DNA of 64,000 nt, from positions 62,001-126,000 of the forward strand of contig DF237119.1 of the NCBI GenBank assembly GCA_000708835.1. Direction: 5' to 3'. Under the pieces are notes generated by a model. It ran no database searches. It saw only the letters and a program-made list of their open reading frames with translations, and was not told where the DNA came from. Of this stretch, positions 35,001-45,803 are shown piece by piece (position 1 is the first letter of the stretch; the number at the start of each line of letters is the position of its first letter). The DNA comes from Klebsormidium nitens. Taxonomy: Eukaryota > Plantae > Klebsormidiophyceae. A program made the translations under genes and the position numbers.

Positions 35001-38000
35001 GCTTGTCGAGCAAGGACATGGAACTGGTGAATCTAAACAGCGCGCTCGGGCAGTACTACGCAGAGACTGAGGCCAAGGTGAGGCGGTCCGTCCATCTTTT
35101 CTAATCTTTTCCGGCTCCTTCGTACTCGATTGCTGCTCTCAGGGCTCACTTTTAACAGCAGCATGAAAGCAAGGAGATGAACCATAACGAAGGCCGTTCT
35201 TTCTCTTGTATGGTGTTTCTGAAGCAAAGACGGATCCCTTTGTGCAGGGGCGCTTGACGCCGTCCCCTGATTGCTTCTCTTCCACTCTGGCACTGGACTT
35301 TCGTGTTGAGATGCTCCGCGCTTGATGGTCGGGTGGCTAAAATCACAGGCGTACTCTTGAAAAACGGTTTTGGTCTTGAAAAGTTGGCCTACTAGAACGA
35401 TTCCCATGCTCCCTTTTAAGACTCCTCAGCTCGTTCAGGTTTTTTGCTTGTCCAGGTTTCCATTCCCGGAGCGCCCAGGTATTGAGTCTTACGTTCTGGG
35501 TTAGAATTCAAACTCACGACCTATATTGGCCCCTTCTTCAGCCGTCAGAACCCGAAGCCCGACGGATTCTACGACACGTCAAACCAGAGGCCAAACGAGT
35601 CACGCTCATCATTGCACTCGCATTTTGCAGGAGCGGTTGCAAGGAGAGTTCCACCAGGCGCGGGAGGAGCTCAGCAGGCTTGCGGTTGAACTGGAGGTGA
35701 GCTTGCTTCCATTTGGGGCTCCTCTTGTGCTGCTTCGTGTGCGGGGAAACAGGTCGGAGTATGCAGAAAGCAGTGTCTGCAAGAGTAGCAGAGAAGCAGA
35801 GCAAAGGTGGCGGCTGTCAAGTCCTGTATGTGTTGGAACCTCGGAAACTCGACAAGCCCATGGTTGAAACCTGCGGGGCGCCCTCTTTTTCAGGCTTCAA
35901 GAAAAGCAATCTCCGCAAAAGAGGCCGAGAAGCAGAGCGCAGCGGAGAAGGTGGCGGCTGTCGAGGCGCGGGTGGTCGCCGCGGAGCGCGGCAAGGCGAA
36001 GCTGCAGGACGAGATCGACCGGCTGCGCAAGGCGCTGGAGCAGAGCATGACTCGGATACACAGGATGTCGTCCGACTCGGACCAGTACGTCGACAGGTGA
36101 GCGGCCGCGTCCGATGCGGACGGTATTTTTAAACTTGAAAGTTGTTGCGATCGACTTGGACCGTTATTTCAGACGAAGCGAGCTGTTACAGTAGATTGAG
36201 TTTCACACGTGCCTTCTCTGGCAAATTTTACACAGGATGTCGTCGTCCGACTTTTGACCGTACGTCGACAGGTGAACGGTCTCGTCGGAGGCGGATAGTA
36301 TTCCGGAGACTTGAGTCGTTGCGACCGATTTGAACCACTTTCGAAAGGAAGCGAGCTTTTGCTAAGAACATGAGGATTGCAGTGCGTGCTTTCTTTAGAA
36401 AATTTCACACAGGATGTCGTCCGACTCGGACCAGTACGTCGACAGGTGAGTGCCGCGTCGGAGGCGGAATTGATCCGGATTAGAGTTGTTGCGACCGATC
36501 TGGGCCAATGCTTTAAGGGAGCGAGCTTTTGCGGTGTATCTGGGGACGGTAGTACGTGCTTTCTCGTGAAGCTTCACACAGGACGTCGTCCTCCGACTCA
36601 GACCAGTACATCGACAGGTGACGTTTGCGTCTGACGGGAAAGGCACTCTGGAATTCATTGGTCCGGTAATTCGGACGGGTTGGGTTGGTAAAAGGAAGGG
36701 GGTTGCTGTGTGTGGGAGCGCGTGAGTGTGTGTCGCGGTTGTCTTTCGGCCCAAGAACTGGTTACTGGATTTACTCTTCTCGAGAACGAAGAAACATTTG
36801 GAACTTGAGTCGTGGCGAGCGACTTGGACCAGTGCTCAAAAGAGGCTCTAGTGCCATTTAAAGGATTTTCGTTCCTTAGTACGTGCGCTCTTTTGTGTAT
36901 CTCGCACCGAATCGGCAACGGGTTCCGTATCTGGCCAGTTGTCGGCATGCCACGGGCCATTCTCGAAGAAAACAGAACACCATGTACAGAAGACTGTATA
37001 TGGGTGTACTTGTCTCAGAGATGGAGCCGTCCCGTAAGGCAGACCTTGACTCTGTTATACCTTCTTTAAGGCGCCTTCTTGCTTCCGCTTCTGCTTGGCA
37101 GCTTGCGGTCTAGTCCAGGTTTCTCACTCTTGTTCTTCTGCACCTGCAGGAGGATCGTTATCAAGCTCCTCGTCACGTACTTCGAGAAGCGGCATAGTGC
37201 CGAGGTAGGTTTCCCCGTGTCTTCGCGCTTCCGAGTTGTTGAGGATGCATGCTTCCTCCCTCTCGGTAGCTTTACTGGTTTGTCCGTCTGCAAGTTCGCG
37301 TCACTCATTCTCGAGGAGACGCTAATATCAGCTTTGCCCAGCACTTCAAACGCTTCACGAAGGTCTTCTTTTGACCTAACAGACTTCCTTGGATTGACGC
37401 TGGCCGTTTTCTTTGGTCCAACCTCTAAAACTCCGAACATTGTCAGACTCGAAGTCTCATGTCGGAGCCTATCCGTCGCTGCTAGCTACTGCGGATATGG
37501 TCAAATCTTGCAATTAATCGTGATACAATTGTGGGATTCGTAGTGCTAAATTGGTCTAGGTTCGAAGCCACAACGTTTCAGACCAAAACATTACTTAGTC
37601 GCGCACAACATCACCGTCTTCAGCTCAGCTCGTGTTCTCTTTTCACAGGCTCTTGACCTCATGGCCCGCATTCTGGGCTTCACCGAAGAGGACAAGAAGC
37701 GGGTCGGGTTGGCCCAACTCGGGCGCCGGGGAGTGGTCTCCGGGGTGTTGGGCGCACCGGGCCGCATTGTCGGCGCCGTGTTTGGGGGCGCCAGCGCGCC
37801 GTCGTCGCCACGGGCCTCCGTCAGCGACCGGGATCCGGTACGGCACGTTTCGTCTTTTGGTTGCTTCAAACGGGTCGGATTCAAAAAAAACTTTCTTTTT
37901 TTGACACTCATATTTGAGCGCTACATCCTTTCAATCGTTCTGATGCCGAAGTCCTTCTGATGCCGAAGGACTTCAGCATCATACTCGAGTGTAGAAAAAG

Positions 38001-38729
38001 ATGCGCGACTCCGTGACACACGTGTGTCGGTCTTCTAAGGAGTGACGCTGATTGAGTCCGAACTCTTCATCTCATGCTTTGTGGACCTGTTCTCGCTTGG
38101 TTCGGGTTGAGCTCTTTGCTTCTGACGGGACCAAGTGTCAAGCTTGAGCGGTCGAGGAAAAAGCAATCCGGACACATCCTGCTCTGAAACCTCTAGGTAA
38201 CATCGTATTTGTAACATTGGGTTGCGAGGCGTCTGTGTTTATTGGAACCCTTATTGAGATCTGCTCATTTCCTTTGGTGCAGTCGTCCGCCACATTCACC
38301 GACTTGTGGATCGACTTCCTTCTCAAAGAGGCCCAGCAACAAGAGGAGCAACGGCGGATCGATGAAAGAGCGGCCGAGGAGAGGAATGCCCTGGCGGCAA
38401 TGTCAGAGGAGCAGTTTACGTTGCCTCGATCGCGATCATCATTGTCGCCCCAGTCCTCCGCGTCCGTTGCTAACCTTCCAGGCGTTTACAATCCGAATAC
38501 GTACTCGAGTCAAGTGTCTAGCCCGACCGGGGGTGCTTTGCCGGGGGTGTTTTATGCGAATGCGCTGTCCCCAAAGCAGTCCGCAGTGTCGACGGGTTCA
38601 GATCGGCGGAGATCGAGTCTCTTGGATGCCGATGGGCTTGCACTGCCGAGCCCAAGGGCTAGTGGGCTCCAAAGCGGTAGTGGAGAGTTCTCGTCCGTAC
38701 CCCTCAATACAAACACAGGTGAAAAGTAA
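29035..38729 (+). CDS. Golgin candidate GC3/GC4 (GMAP-210/TRIP11-like, GRAB domain)
   Basis: 17 in-phase exons: 29035-29253, 29548-29646, 29849-29962, 30278-30319, 30668-30895, 31260-31407, 31611-31675, 32115-32237, 32966-33268, 33671-33820, 34094-34309, 34997-35077, 35631-35696, 35894-36096, 37150-37204, 37649-37837, 38283-38729. Hallmarks: MWSSIAKLKDN, IQALSTNYSSLLRERE, DLARLKQHLLEK, NLNSALGQYYAE, VDRRIVIKLLVTYF, LDLMARILGFTEEDK, FTDLWIDFLLKE, SSVPL. Confidence 0.93.
36061..36625 (+). repeat. Four-copy ~173-bp tandem repeat seeded on the golgin exon 14 donor
   Basis: CACAG-GA(T/C)GTCGTC...GAC...TAC(G/A)TCGACAG-GTGA units end at 36096, 36271, 36445 and 36617 (spacings 175, 174, 172). Confidence 0.9.
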
Positions 38730-39889
38730 GATATAGAATTCATATAACCTTTTAGCTGAATCGATGATTTGGAATTTCTGAGCTATGCGGTTGATACAGG
38801 ATGTTTCCGACGATGTCATGGTCTGCTTCTATTCTAAGTGACCTGGCATCCGATCCTCCGACGAGTTCGCCTCCATGTTATCTGTTTGGAATGTTTTGCA
38901 AATGGCACGCACCTGCAGTCGAGAATCGATGTGGGACGTCAACGTATGAGCATGGACGAATGAACACTAAATGACAGGTTGCATATAACTAAAGCTAGAC
39001 CGCCGCACACGCTCTCACCCTTTTCATGCAATCGATCTTCTATGCTTTCCGTGGGTGGTAGTCCGACAACGTCCAGGCTCAATACTGAACCCGACTGCAC
39101 ATGCATTCCATCGACATCTAGCTCAAGCGAATATGTCAGCATGCATGCCGTGGCACAAGGCGCTTTCGTGGGCTCATGCAAGCCTTGAAGGGACGCAATA
39201 TAACACCGCGCAAGTTCAGTCACTGCTTGATATGGCGATAACAAACAGAAGCCATCATTAAATGTACTCAGAAGCGCAATGGCATGATCTTAATGCGGAC
39301 GGGCTTTACTGGCAGATTGCAGTTGTGGGCGAACCGCGTGACACAGTTGAGCATGGCGGCCGCCAAGTCGCACTGGAGAAAGCTTTAACGCTTCCATGGC
39401 GTTTCGAGCCTAAGTTGCCAGGAAATGAAGAAAGTCAGGAGACGTACAAAACGGAAATCAGCACTGTTAGATTGAGGATCCCATACGAATGAACAGGGTG
39501 ACAATCGTGTTGATACGCGTGCATATGCAATCGTGATTGAACGGACCGCGTGCCATCATTATCTATCTACGTTGTCATTGACGTCGAACCTCGTACGCGA
39601 AGACGCTACCAGTATTTGTAAGGCGCATCAGATGCTAAGACTTCTAGCTTAATTGCACTTTAAGTTCAAGTCCTTGCCTAGTCAACATCTGTATCTCTAC
39701 GCTCTGTCTGCACTCCCTACGCCTTCTCGAATACACTCTCTATATGCGCATGACCTAGTGAGCCCATGCAGCTCTTCCTATCGAGCACCGAGAAGGTCTC
39801 TGACAGTGTTTCCACGTTGACGTCCCTAGACCCCGCTGCAAGCTCGTGTCGACGAAGTTCCCCTTCCTCAAGCCAGCCCGCAGAAACAC

Positions 39890-41213
39890 CTACACCCCAA
39901 ACCGAAAGATCGGCATGTCTTCAGCGCCCGCCACGTTCGAGAGCGGCCGCGGCTCCGTCGCGCGCGCCGTCGCGGTTATCACCAGGCTGCCGCTCTCCTT
40001 GCCGCGCGCGTACACCTTCCCGGTGCGCTCCGCGAGCTCGCGCACCTGGGCCTCCGTCAGAGCCGGGTCGTCCGTCACGGTGTACATCTGGAACGTCACG
40101 CGGATCGGGAACCACTCATCGCGCTCCAGCTTAAACCCTGCCAAACCCTTGAAGGCGGCCAGGGTTCTTTCGGACGCCCGCAGCGTCGCGTACTCGAGGC
40201 CCGCCGTCCGAGGCGCGCCGCGGCCCGCGGCCGCGGGGGCGCAGGCCTCGGGGGAGGTAGGCGGGGCGCCGGGAATAGCGGGCGCTGCGCCGAAAAGCGC
40301 ACCCGGGGCAGAGCTACCGGAGGCGCAGCTACCCGGTGCGGGGAACTGACCAAAGCGCATAAGAGGGACAAAAGTCGGGAGCGGGGCGTAGTACAGAGGA
40401 TACTGATATTGCGGGTTGTAGTAGTGCGGAGTATACACTGTGCCGAATCCGGGGCAGCACCACGGCGGCGGCGGCTGGAACGGAAACGGGCCCGGAACGA
40501 CCGGACTCAGCCGGAACCGGACGCTGCTTGAGCGGGATCTGGAACAGGAGCAGCGCGTTGCGGTCCGCCTCGTCGTCCGTCATCGGGCCCGTCTCCGGCG
40601 CGCCGCGCTCGCGGCGGTCTTGCGAGAGGCGCTTCGCGAGGAACATTGCGCCGCGGCCGCCGCGATTGAAGAGCAGCTTCTCGCTGCGCCCCGTGATGAC
40701 GTGGGCTGACGTCCCCTGGGAGCTGGCCACGACAACTAGGACGGCGGGGTCGGCCGGGCGCGACTGGTAGCTGTAGATCTGCGGGCAAAACTCGGTCTCG
40801 CCCGCGGGCCCGCACGGGAGCACGCACGCCTGCGCTGACGTCAGCAGGACGTCATCGCGGTCCAGGACCAGGCCGGGCAGGCCCAGGGTGTTGGCGACGT
40901 AGTCCCGGAAGCCGACGCGCCTCAGGTCGCTGGAGGGAGTCTCGTTGCCGGCGGTCACGCTGAATGCGCCGATGGACACGTCAGCGGTGACGTCAGCAAA
41001 GTTGGGCTTGCGGAGCATGGGCAGGGAGTGGCCGGCCGCGTGGAGGGTGACGTCAGCGATGTTGGGCCCCCAGCAGCTGTGCTTGGTGCGCGCGGTGTCC
41101 TCCCAGGAGACGGTCTGGATGGCCAGGCCGTAACTCTGGGCCAGGCTCCGGGTGTGGGCGTTACGGTGGAGGGACGCGATCTCGCGCACCAGGGAGGGCT
41201 CCATGTTGATCAT
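39890..41213 (-). CDS. GC-rich hypothetical protein of an uncharacterised family (WEDTAR..SCWGPNI.D.TL ... ERD..FPIRVT.Q.Y); reading frame split into two overlapping ORFs
   Basis: ORF 40329..41213 and the frame of ORF 39890..40438 overlap. Both have strongly GC-biased codons. No clear intron joins them. Recognition of the family (bacterial/giant-virus/protist homologs) is from memory and needs a search. Confidence 0.7.
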
Positions 41214-43168
41214 CTACAGGATAACAAGCGGAGATGTTTAGAGTCTTTGAAAAGTGAGCACGTTTGAGAAAATGACTGATCGACGCATCGATTGCTCACT
41301 ATGAAGTTCGTTTCTAAAGTCCATGTTCCACAATGCGGATGATCAACACTGGTGGCAGTTGCGCGCTAGGTTGGAGAGAGCAGACCTCAAAAGTCTTTCA
41401 AACTGCTGTCTTTGTGATATTGATGCCATTTACTGGAGGCACTTTCTCCTTGAACATTATTTTGAAGATTGACCCTATAGTATGGAACTAGTTCAAGGTT
41501 GAGCAAGTAAAAGGTTGATTGAGAGCAAGGAGAGACCGGCTTACTTTTTTATCTATGCTGAAGCTCCTCACGTCCTCTAATTAATTGTCCTTTTGGAAGT
41601 CTCAGTTATACAAAGCAACGTCCTGCAAGCTCTGATTAGCGATGTCCTGCAAACGCAAAGCCTCAGAGGTCGGTGTGAAACTCCTGGAAAGCAGAAAGAC
41701 ACGTGTTAGGCGGCAGATTTTATGCAAAACAAAAAGTGTGACATCCACCGATGGGTAGACTTGAAGGCAGAAGCACCAGAATGTACATAGCTGGCTTTAA
41801 TCAGCATCGAAGGCTGTCTGCATGAATATCTCAATGGTTTATTGATGAAGAAGGAGTAGGTGCCTTCCTGCCACCCAGTCCTCAGAAGGTTTCCAAAATT
41901 TGCGTCAAGTTCTGTTAATGATTCTTGTCAAGACTATCTTACAACGTCTTGGAGTAGCTAGTCTTCCACTGTAGTCTTTCCCTGACATGGTGAACCTACC
42001 CGTTGGTGAGGAAGGATGACTACACGCAGAAACGACTATTATTTGAACAAAGCTGTACGCAATGCTTATGGAAAGAAGGCAGCGGCGCCTGGAGCGTCGA
42101 TAGACTGACACATTGACATTCTGAACCTTCAAATTATGGTTTCCCTGCATAATTAATCACTACTCTAGACACTGTTGGGGGAAATGAGAGATTTAGAAGA
42201 CCAACAAGACTTGAGTCTGGAATCTCACCTCAAGGAAGATAGCAGGCCGCCCGAGCAATACCGCGAACACCGTGCAGCGGAGCAGCTGCAGTAAGAATCT
42301 CAGAAGTTCAGTCACGGATGTTTGCGCTGGACAATCTCCCAACTGCTTCTAATGCAGTATGCTGGGGTCAATCGGTCAGAGATTGTTGCCAGATTGAGGA
42401 CGTTGTCAGGTTGCCGCCAATTGGCCGTATGAGCCGTACTAGTAGGTGCCAGTGCGCAGAAGCCAGCTTGGACTCCCACAATCACTTTCGTTGCTGTCTG
42501 GTGAACAATTGAAGACAAGCGTTTGTTGTGATGTTGCAGGGACGCACTTGCTTTTATGTTGTCGGTGACGCCCCGGTGACGTCGTCTGGCTGCAGCAGCT
42601 CACACAGTCGAAGTAGTTAGCAGCCAGAGGGATCCCATTGGTCGAGGTGACATCGACCGTCGATATTCTTCACCAGGTTATCGTGTGGACCCCACTCTTC
42701 CGTCGATGCGGCTGAAAAATACAGTGGGGATAAAGCCTCTGATTACCGTTCTCGTACGCCGTTCGTTCAAGCAATCAACGGTTGAAGTTGCATTGGTGAC
42801 GCTGATCCAGCAACGCCTAGCCCCCAGGTTGCGAGCCTGAAGTTTGAGGGCATGTTATATGACCATGGATGGCCACCGTTCGGTGATGGACGGTTCAATT
42901 TCCTCCATTTCAAAGTCGATTTCTAAGTTCCTTTCCCTTTAGCCTGCATTCCTCACTTGCATTTGCGCAAGTTTTGAGATCAAACAGAGTAGGTATCTGA
43001 TCTAAGACTAGAGTATCTCTCCTGGCAGGTCTGAGGACGACTCTTCGAGCGCCCCGCCTGAAGGAGCATTTCAATCAGGCATGCCTCAGGTTTTCTCGTC
43101 AGGAGCCGCAGATCCTGCTTCCTTTTGAGACAGGAGGACGTGCCCAGGTCAAAGCAGAGCAAACCCAA

Positions 43169-43753
43169 ATGAGGCGGGCAAGCACGCTCTTTCACCAGCT
43201 CAGAAACTTGGGCAAGGAGACCTGCAGTGAAACCCCGCTGGGAGCAACCGTTACCGGTTGTGGCCATGGTTACCGCACTGTCATACAGGGGCTGCATAAC
43301 CATGTAGAAACAAATGCCGCAGCTGCTGGATCAAGCTGCGGTGATTGGTTGGCTCCTCCCAATCCTCACGAGTGCGTGGACTCTGAAGCTGATGTAAGGC
43401 CCCGTTTGTTGGGGCGGGACTCCGATTGCAATGCCGACACGCCTAGTCCCTTTTGGCCAAGTGGCGCCATTGCCGAAAGCAGTCCCCACCTGCACCACTC
43501 ACCCATCGGTCCTCTTCCGACCTCAGAAACACCACTCAGCAGCAGTTGGTCCCCTGCCCGCCCCTCAGCCAAACTTCCAGGGGCACCTCTGAAGCTACCA
43601 CTACAGCAGAGTGTGTTTGGCTTTCAGCAGTCGTTACCTGTCCGGAAGCAGTGGGATCACAAGCGACACCATAGCTGGTGCAGTCATGATGGCAGGGGCT
43701 ATAGCAGCAGAGCAGTCGACATGGTCCAGCGGGAACATGATGACAATGACACG
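43169..43753 (+). other. Possible upstream exon (Ser/Pro-rich) of the zinc-finger gene at 45.1 kb
   Basis: The open frame 43169..43777 contains a good phase-0 donor (GACACG|GTGAGG at 43753/4). No recognisable domain, and linkage to 45093 is not demonstrated. Confidence 0.25.
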
Positions 43754-45092
43754 GTGAGGCGCTGTTCCGTGTGCTAAGGGAACAGACAGTCTCGAGCAAC
43801 TCTCATTCTAGCATTTGAGTTGTGGCACTTTGGCTGCAGGCCTGTGCACAGCCAGTATTTGTGTGCGGATTGTTTCCTGCATATACAAGCGACGGCTCGG
43901 CCACTGGTTTGTCGTTGAGCTCATCAAAGTTATGGATCCTATGAATCCTGCTTGCATTTCCTACATTGGGTTGATACAGATGACAGGACTGTTGAGCTGA
44001 TGGTTCTCTGGATCCGAGTAGTTAGTTTTTCCGGCCTTTCAAGGAATCGTGGAAACAAGAGTACGGGGTTCTTTCTCCACACTTTAACCTCCTGAAAGGG
44101 ATTCCTGTTTGCTCTTACTTCTGCATTCTGAGATTCTCTGGGATTTTCCAAGCGCCCCTGCGAGAGGGTTGAATGACCTGCTAAGAAACCAAGACCCCGA
44201 GCTTAGGTTGCAAAAGCGCTGGAGGTGTTTGGTGGACAATTTTAGGGTTGAGTTAAATGCCTTTCTGCAATGTTCGCTTGCTGCAAACTAGTCAAGGACT
44301 ACTTCCCATTTGCGGTTCTGGCCTCTGGTCCCAAACCAATTTGATGTTTGGTTGCAAATGTGGGATTTGTTTTCGGCGCTTCAAACTGACGCTTCACCTG
44401 CTGATGGTGAGGTGTTGGTCGCTTGGTGCCTAGAACGAGCGGAGGCCCAGCTCGTGACAGCTATGCATGCTGTACGCGTCTAGAAACCACCCAACATATA
44501 TGTTACATCCACTCAGATTACCTAGTGAATTTTGTTGATGTCCTTGAGAGTACTCGCATGATTCTTTTTGCCTGGCTTTGCTGGTGGTATATGTCTTCGG
44601 CTTGTGGATGGAAACTTGTGACTTGTGCACCGCAATGAGAAACCTGAAAAAAGGAATGTGAGGTTGACATTCTTCATCTTCTCATGGATCTTTCATTTGA
44701 TCTTCTTTGACTGTGTTGCGTTCTGGGCCAGCATAGTGTGTGCCTATTGCGACGCTTGCTAGGTTCTGAGGTGTGTGGAGGCATAACCTGCTTCCGCCGC
44801 CAACTCTGTCAAAGTCAGCTATCCTAGCTTGGCCTTCAGATTCTTGCGCATCAGAAACGGGCGCAGTTCCCGCAAAGTAAACCCCTCGTTTAACCAGCTT
44901 TACGCTCCTGGCATCCGGGCAGGGCCTTCAACATTTAAATCAGGTGTTATCTGGCGAAGTCTCTTGTTGATCATATCAAGGTTCCTACCTTTACTCACGC
45001 CCCCTGTTCCCATCCTGCAAATCCCGTTTTGCTACTTTTCCTGTCCGTACCAGATCGTTCATTTTGGTGACCCCCTAGTTTTCCCTGTACAG

Positions 45093-45803
45093 ATCACGGT
45101 CAGCTCCACCGAGCACGAGAAGCGGTGCGGCATGTGCCTGAAAGTGCGCCGCCTGCGCGAGTTTCAGCCCCAGCGCTCGAGTCCCGACGGTGTCCATTAC
45201 TGGTGCCGCGGGTGCGCTGCACAGCTCTCCCGCGCGCGGCGAGGCCTTGCGGCGGGCGTCGTCGCAGGCCAGGCCCACTGCCCTTGCTGCGGCGAGGTCA
45301 AAGACAGGGCCCTCTTTGGGCTGGAATCGCGGCAACGCTCCGGCCTGCAGAAGATCTGCCGAGCGTGCGTCGCTGAAGATTACCAAACGCGGCCGAACGT
45401 GACGGGGCGGTCGGAGAGGAAATGGCCGGTGTGGGCGCAGGAGCGCCGACCGATGGTCATCACGCTGCGGCGGAAAGAGGGGCTTTGGGTGCCGACCGAA
45501 AAAGTGTGTCTGACGTGCGGGGAATTGAAAAGTGCGGGGGAGTATTTTTCGGATCCGACGAAGATGGACGGCTTGAGGCAGTACTGCAAACCGTGCTGGT
45601 GCAGGAAACACTCGGTTCACCCGTCGAGACGAGTCAAGCGTCCCAAGCACCCGGAGGCACCGGTTATCCCGAGTGTGATGATGGACGAGGTCCGGGCTGC
45701 CTTCCGGTGGCTTGTCGGAGACGAACAAAAGATGCCCGATGCGGCGCGAAGAGAGACGGAACGTCAGAAGAGTCTGCAAAGTACTTCTAGGGGGGCCGAA
45801 TAG
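45093..45803 (+). CDS. Triple C4 zinc-finger protein, paralog 1 (main exon; other exons uncertain)
   Basis: Acceptor TGTACAG|ATC at 45092/3. Three CxxC-x(22)-CxxC units: CGMC..F..SPDGVHYWCRGC, CPCC..F..SGLQKICRAC, CLTC..Y..MDGLRQYCKPC. Confidence 0.8.
   Translation: MTVSSTEHEKRCGMCLKVRRLREFQPQRSSPDGVHYWCRGCAAQLSRARRGLAAGVVAGQAHCPCCGEVKDRALFGLESRQRSGLQKICRACVAEDYQTRPNVTGRSERKWPVWAQERRPMVITLRRKEGLWVPTEKVCLTCGELKSAGEYFSDPTKMDGLRQYCKPCWCRKHSVHPSRRVKRPKHPEAPVIPSVMMDEVRAAFRWLVGDEQKMPDAARRETERQKSLQSTSRGAE

Noticed and set aside
36061-36625. Regularly spaced ~35-bp repeats as a CRISPR array
   Set aside because: The spacers (~140 bp) are homologous to each other, the repeats are exon sequence, there are no cas genes, and the context is eukaryotic.
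41300-43100. Possible gene or transposon remnant between the HGT-like gene and ZF1
   Set aside because: No sustained open frame, terminal repeats or transposase/RT motifs were recognised.
44829-45092. N-terminal part of the 324-aa ORF 44829..45803
   Set aside because: It starts at TTG, is pyrimidine-rich and ends in a clear acceptor (TGTACAG|). This is intron read-through, and the paralog has an acceptor at the same position.
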